Positions 59,101 through 64,000 of a DNA stretch of 64,000 nucleotides are shown here, piece by piece. The stretch spans positions 106,268,001-106,332,000 of the forward strand of contig NC_058377.1 of NCBI RefSeq assembly GCF_018350175.1. Direction: 5' to 3'. The notes under the pieces are model-generated. The model was not told where the DNA came from. It saw only the letters and a program-made list of their open reading frames with translations, and did no database searches. This DNA is from Felis catus (lineage: Eukaryota). Position numbers and translations under genes: made by a program. Each line of letters opens with the position of its first letter. The stretch's first letter is position 1.

Positions 59101-62100
59101 TAGAGAACTGTTCGTTTTCTTAGCTATGATAATGGCATTGTGGCCGGTCAGGAGAATACCAGACGTTGGCAGATGTGTGCCAAAGTATTCAGGGATAAAA
59201 ACATCATGATCTTTGCACTTACTTTCAAATGATTCAGAATAAAAAAAAAAAAAAAAAAAAAGAAAAGAAAGAAGGAAAGCAAATACGATAAAATACTAAG
59301 CGAATCTGGGTTAAAGGAACATATAGGTGTTCATTGTACTATTCTCCCCACTTTTCTAGTTAGAAATTTCATAATTTATAAAATGGTGTGAAAAAGAAAA
59401 CAAAGAGAGTAACAGATCAGCAGTTTTCATACCCGTAGAAAAAATAAGAAACACCTTTGGGGTGCCTGGGTGGTTCGGTCGGTTGGGCATCCGGCTTCGG
59501 CTCGGGTCATGATCTCACAGTTTGTGAGTTCAAGCCCTGTGTTGGGCTCTGTGCTGACACCTCAGAGCCCGGAGCCTGCTTCAGATTCTGTGTCTCCCCC
59601 TCTCTCTGCCCCTCCCCTGCTCAGGCTCTGTGTCTCTCTGTCTCTCAATAATAAATAAATGTTAAAAAATTTTTTTTTTCTTTTTAAAGAAACACCTTTT
59701 AGGCATCCCCTAAGTGAAAATTCTCATGTCTCACGTCCAGAAAGTCTAGGATGGGACCCAGGAATCCACATACTGAAGAACTTAGGACTAACTTACTTTT
59801 TTTTTTTTTAAGTTTATTTCATTTATTTATTTTGAGAGAGAGAAAGAGAGATCAAGGGAGGGGCACAGAGGGAGAGAGAGAATCCCAAGCAGGTTCCACA
59901 CTGTCAGCGCAGAGCCTTATGTGAGGCTCAAGCTCACAAACTATGAGATCATGACCCAAGCTGAGATCAAGAGTCAGATGCCCAACCAACTGAGCCACCC
60001 AGGCGCCCCGACATCAGTGGTTTCTAAAGAGGGTGCTCAAATCCAGATCTACCGGCATGCAGGAAGCAAAGAGAAGAATGTTTAGGTTTATTTTATTATT
60101 ATTATTTATTTTAACGTTTATTTATTTTTGAGGCAGAGAGAGACAAAGCATGAACGGGGGAGGGTCAGAGAGAGGGAGACAGAATCTGAAACAGGCTCCA
60201 GGCTCTGAGCTGTCAGCACAGAGCCCAACGCGGGGCTCGAACTCACGGACCGCGAGATCATGACCTGAGCCAAAGTTGGCAGCTTAACCGACTGAGCCAC
60301 CCAGGCGCCCCAAGTTTAGGTCTATTTTAAAACTTTCATCCTTTGAGGGGGCCCCTGGGTGGCTCAGTCGGTTAAGCGTCCAGCTTCAGCTCTGGTCATG
60401 ATCTCACGGTTTGTGGGTTCAAGCCCCGCGTCAGACTCTGTGCTGACAGCTCAGAGCCTGGAATCTGCTTCAGATTTTGTGTCTCCCTCTCTCTCTCTGC
60501 CCCTCCCCCGCCTGCACTGTCTCTCTCAAAAATAAATAAACATTAAAAACAAAATTTAAGAGGCCCCTGGGTGGCTTAATTGGTTGAGGCCTCCCTCATC
60601 AGGGAGGCCACAGACTCCCCCAAGTCTCTTCTGAGTATCAGACCACACATCACATGCCACTCGGATGTCCCATCTGGCACTCGGCATGTCCAGAACAAAG
60701 CTCGTCCCTTTACCCAGCGCCAATCTACTTCATCCTGTATTCTCGCCCTGAGCACAAACTCCTTGCTGTGGCGCACCGGTCCTTTGCGGCCCTGCCCCCT
60801 CGGGTTTCCTCCCTCACCACCCCCCATGCCCTGTGCGGTAGCGCTGCATTCTTGGAATCCACCCAAGCTCTTTTTCATTTCTGAGCTGGTCCTCCCCGCC
60901 CCCCCTACCCCAGAGAATGGCCTTTTCTTTCCCCTTCTTCGGCTGGCATTCCTCCTCAAGACTTAGCTCGGTATTTTTTACTTCTAGAAAGAGGTACCTA
61001 GTCTGAGTTCCCTTATCTCCTTCACTTCCTGCCCTTCCCATGCTGAACTGTAACTGTCAGCATATGACGCTCCGAGTGGACATGAGCTCCACGAGGACCA
61101 GGACTGTCTTTCACCGTCCTATCCCCAGATCCAGCAGGACTAGCTCGCAGCCGCGACAACAGGTGTTTGCTAAACCAACGGCCAAATGAATACTAGCGCT
61201 GAAAGATACTTTGAAAGATACTTACGACGCTGTTGCAAGGAAGACTAGAAGGTCAAGTTGCACGTGTGCTATCGTGCTATCGTGTTAACTATTTAAAACA
61301 AGTACGCGATGGACACAGAACCCCAATGTCTTTTACAATTCTGTCTCACTGGATCTACAGTAATATTCTAACATTCAAAATACATCACAGCCTGAGGAGC
61401 TGTGCAGTGTCTGTGGAACAAGCCAGAAAGGAGTTCCCGAGGTACCAGCTGAACCAAGTAAGTGTCAGTCTTTTGAAGTCTCTTGATTCTAAGACCAAGA
61501 CAGCTGTACTCACAGCACCTTATAAATGGCCGGTACCATAGTTGTTGAATAAATAAACATCCTATTAACCAGTGGTTCTCAAACTTGGATGCTCATCAGA
61601 ACCCTCTGAGCTTACAGGTCATGATCTCACAGTCTGTGGGTTCGAACCCCGCGTCGGGCTCTGTCCTGACAGCTCGGAGCCTGGGGCCTGCTTCAGATTC
61701 TGTGTCTCCCTCTCTCTCTGCCCCTCCCCTGCTCTCTCTCTCTCTCAAAAATAAAACATTAAAGAAAACATTTAAAATAAATAAATAAAAGAACCCTCTG
61801 AGCTTACATAAAAATGGGAGATTCCTGGCGGGCCACTCCACTCACATCCACGGAATCTGAATCTCCAAGTGTGAGGCCAGGGACCTATCTTCTTCACCTC
61901 TGCCTAATTAAATATGTGAGGCTGCTTAATGGATCGGTACAGGGAAACCTGCTTTATACAAATCAAGGTGTTCACCAGTTTCACTCGACCTATATACCCC
62001 AGAATGAAAGCACTCTGCTAGGCGCCCTGGGGAATAAAGATCAACCAAGACTGAGTGCTGCTAAAAGGCCTAAGAGCAAGTGGGCAGGCACGCGGAGCCG

Positions 62101-63536
62101 TGTGGATTCCTCTACCTCCCACATCTCCCTCTGCCCCTCTCTCTGCCACTGGCCCCCCTTGTACTGAGCTGAAGAGGCTGAAATTGTGTGAGGAACTGGG
62201 CGCCCGTCTGAGTAAGTAACAGCCAAACAGTTCTGAAGCTTTGTGAAAGATACAAATGTACACATTCAAGAGGCTCAGCCAACCCCAAGAAAGAGAAATG
62301 CAAAGAAAGTGACATCTGGACACATGCTGGTCAACTGCTGAAAAACAAAGACAAAACAAAACAAAACAAACAAAAAACCCCCAAACAACTGAAAAGTAGC
62401 CAGAGAGAAAGACATCACATAAACAGTTCATGTTACCACTGCCTTCTCATTAAGAACAAAAAAGACCAAGAGAGTAGAGTGATACATCTGAAGTGCTTAA
62501 AGAGAAAAACCATAAATCCAGAATTCTATAACCAGGGGAAACATCCTTCTCTATAGAATGAGGGTAGGGTCGCCTAGCTGGCTCAGCCAGTGGAGCCTGC
62601 GGCTCTTGAACTTGGGGTTGTGCGTTCACACTGGGCATAGAGCCTACTTTTAAAAACACAAAACAGGGACACCTGGGTGGCCCAGTCGGTTGAGCGTCCG
62701 ACTTTGGCTCAGGTCATGATCTCGCGGGTCCATGAGTTTGAGCCCCGCGTTGGGACTCTGCTGACAGCTCAGAGCCTGGAACCTGCTTCAGATTCTGTGT
62801 CTCCCTCTCTCCCTGCCCCTCCCCTGCTTGTGCTCTCTCTCAAAAATAAATAAACCTTAAAAAAAAAAACGGGGTGCCTGGGTGGCTCAGTTGGTTAAGT
62901 GCCCGACTTCGGCTCAGGTCATGATCTTGCGGTTTGTGAGTTCAAGCCCCACGTCGGGCTCTGTGCTGACAGCCTGGAGCCTGCTTCTGATTCTGTGTCT
63001 CCCTCTCTCTCTGCCCCTCCCCTGTTCGCAGTCTGTCTCTCTCTGTCTCTCAATAATAAATAAGCATTAAAAAATTAAAATAAATAAAAATAACAACAAC
63101 AACAACAAACAACTACAAAACAGGGGCACCAGGGTGGCTCAATCGGTTAAGTGTCCTGACTTTTCAGCTCAGGTCATGATCTTACGGTCTGTGGGATCGA
63201 GCCCCGCGACAGCTCTTTGCTGACAGTGCGGAGTCTGCTTGGGATTCTCTGTCTCCCTCTCTTGGCCCCTCCCCGGCTCGTGTGTGCACACGTGCTGCTA
63301 TAATACTCTCTCTTTCAAAATAAATAAACATTTAAAAAAAAACAAAAACAGAAGAGGGGTACCTGGGTCACTCAGTTGATTAAGCATCCAACTTCAGCTC
63401 AGGTCATGATCTCACGGTTTGAGTTCAAGCGCAGCATCGGGCTCTGTACTATTCAGAGCCTGCTTGGGATTCTCTCTGCCCCACCTCTCTCCACACACTG
63501 TCTGTCTGTCTGTCTCTCTCAAAATAAATAAATTCA

Positions 63537-63567
<31 letters not shown>

Positions 63568-64000
63568 CTGGTTGGCTCAGTATGTTAAGCATCTGACTCT
63601 TGGTTTCAGCTCAGGTCATGATCTCACAGTTCGTAAGTTCCAGCCCTGCATTGGGCTCTGCGCTGGCGGTGTGGAACCTGCATGGGATTCTCAGTCTTTC
63701 CCTCTCTCTCTCTGCCTCTCCCCTGCGTGCACGCTCTCTCTCTCAAAATAAATAAACTTAAAAAACAGAGGGAAAGAAGGGTGCCTGGGTGGCTCAGTTG
63801 GTTGAGCGCCGACTTCAGCTCAGGTCACGATCTTACAGTTCGGGAGTTCGAGCCCCATGTCGGGCTCTGCGCTGACAGACAGGAGCCTGGAGCCTGCTTC
63901 AGATCCTGTGTCTCCCTCTCTTTCTGCCCCTCCCCCACTCATGCTCTATCTCTCTCTCTCTCTCTCTCAAAAACAAAAAACATTTAAAAAAAAAAAGGGG
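56136..64000. mobile_element. SINE-dense STX5 last intron (about 20 Can-SINEs, L1M/L2 remnants, MER5-like element near 61570-61920)
   Basis: Repeated Can-SINE heads and tails, L2 3' end near 60620-61190, L1M-like tracts near 58320-59400. No coding exon recognised. Confidence 0.8.

Noticed and set aside
61200-61281. Short tandem duplications (TGAAAGATACTT x2, GTGCTATC x2)
   Set aside because: Ordinary slippage events with no sign of function.
62667-63990. Regularly spaced ~200-bp repeats that might suggest a CRISPR-like or satellite array
   Set aside because: They are individual SINE retroposons with A-rich tails in a mammalian genome.

Overview
Mammalian genomic DNA, almost certainly felid: it is dense in carnivore Can-SINEs, including CpG-rich SINEC_Fc-type copies. 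The region is syntenic to the human 11q12.3 gene cluster. Gene order: TTC9C last coding exon (+), ZBTB3 (-), POLR2G (+), TAF6L (+), TMEM179B (+), TMEM223 (-), NXF1 (-), and the STX5 last exon (-, mostly inside an N-gap) followed by its repeat-filled last intron. I rebuilt all coding exons by hand from GT-AG junctions. They give intact frames: POLR2G 172 aa, TAF6L 619 aa, TMEM179B 219 aa, TMEM223 202 aa, NXF1 618 aa, ZBTB3 515 aa. The most interesting locus is NXF1. Intron 10 carries the known CTE stem-loop and the short-NXF1 tail. It also holds an apparently unannotated 82/97-nt poison or decoy exon with clustered 5' splice sites, and intron 1 has a second candidate 50-nt frameshifting exon. 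Other highlights: gene 3' ends that overlap the next gene's promoter, a tailless 5S rRNA retrocopy with TSDs, solo LTRs nested in a SINE and in MER21, and three adjacent inverted SINEs sharing a private variant (possible gene conversion). Orthologue and repeat-family names come from recognition and memory; no database search was run.
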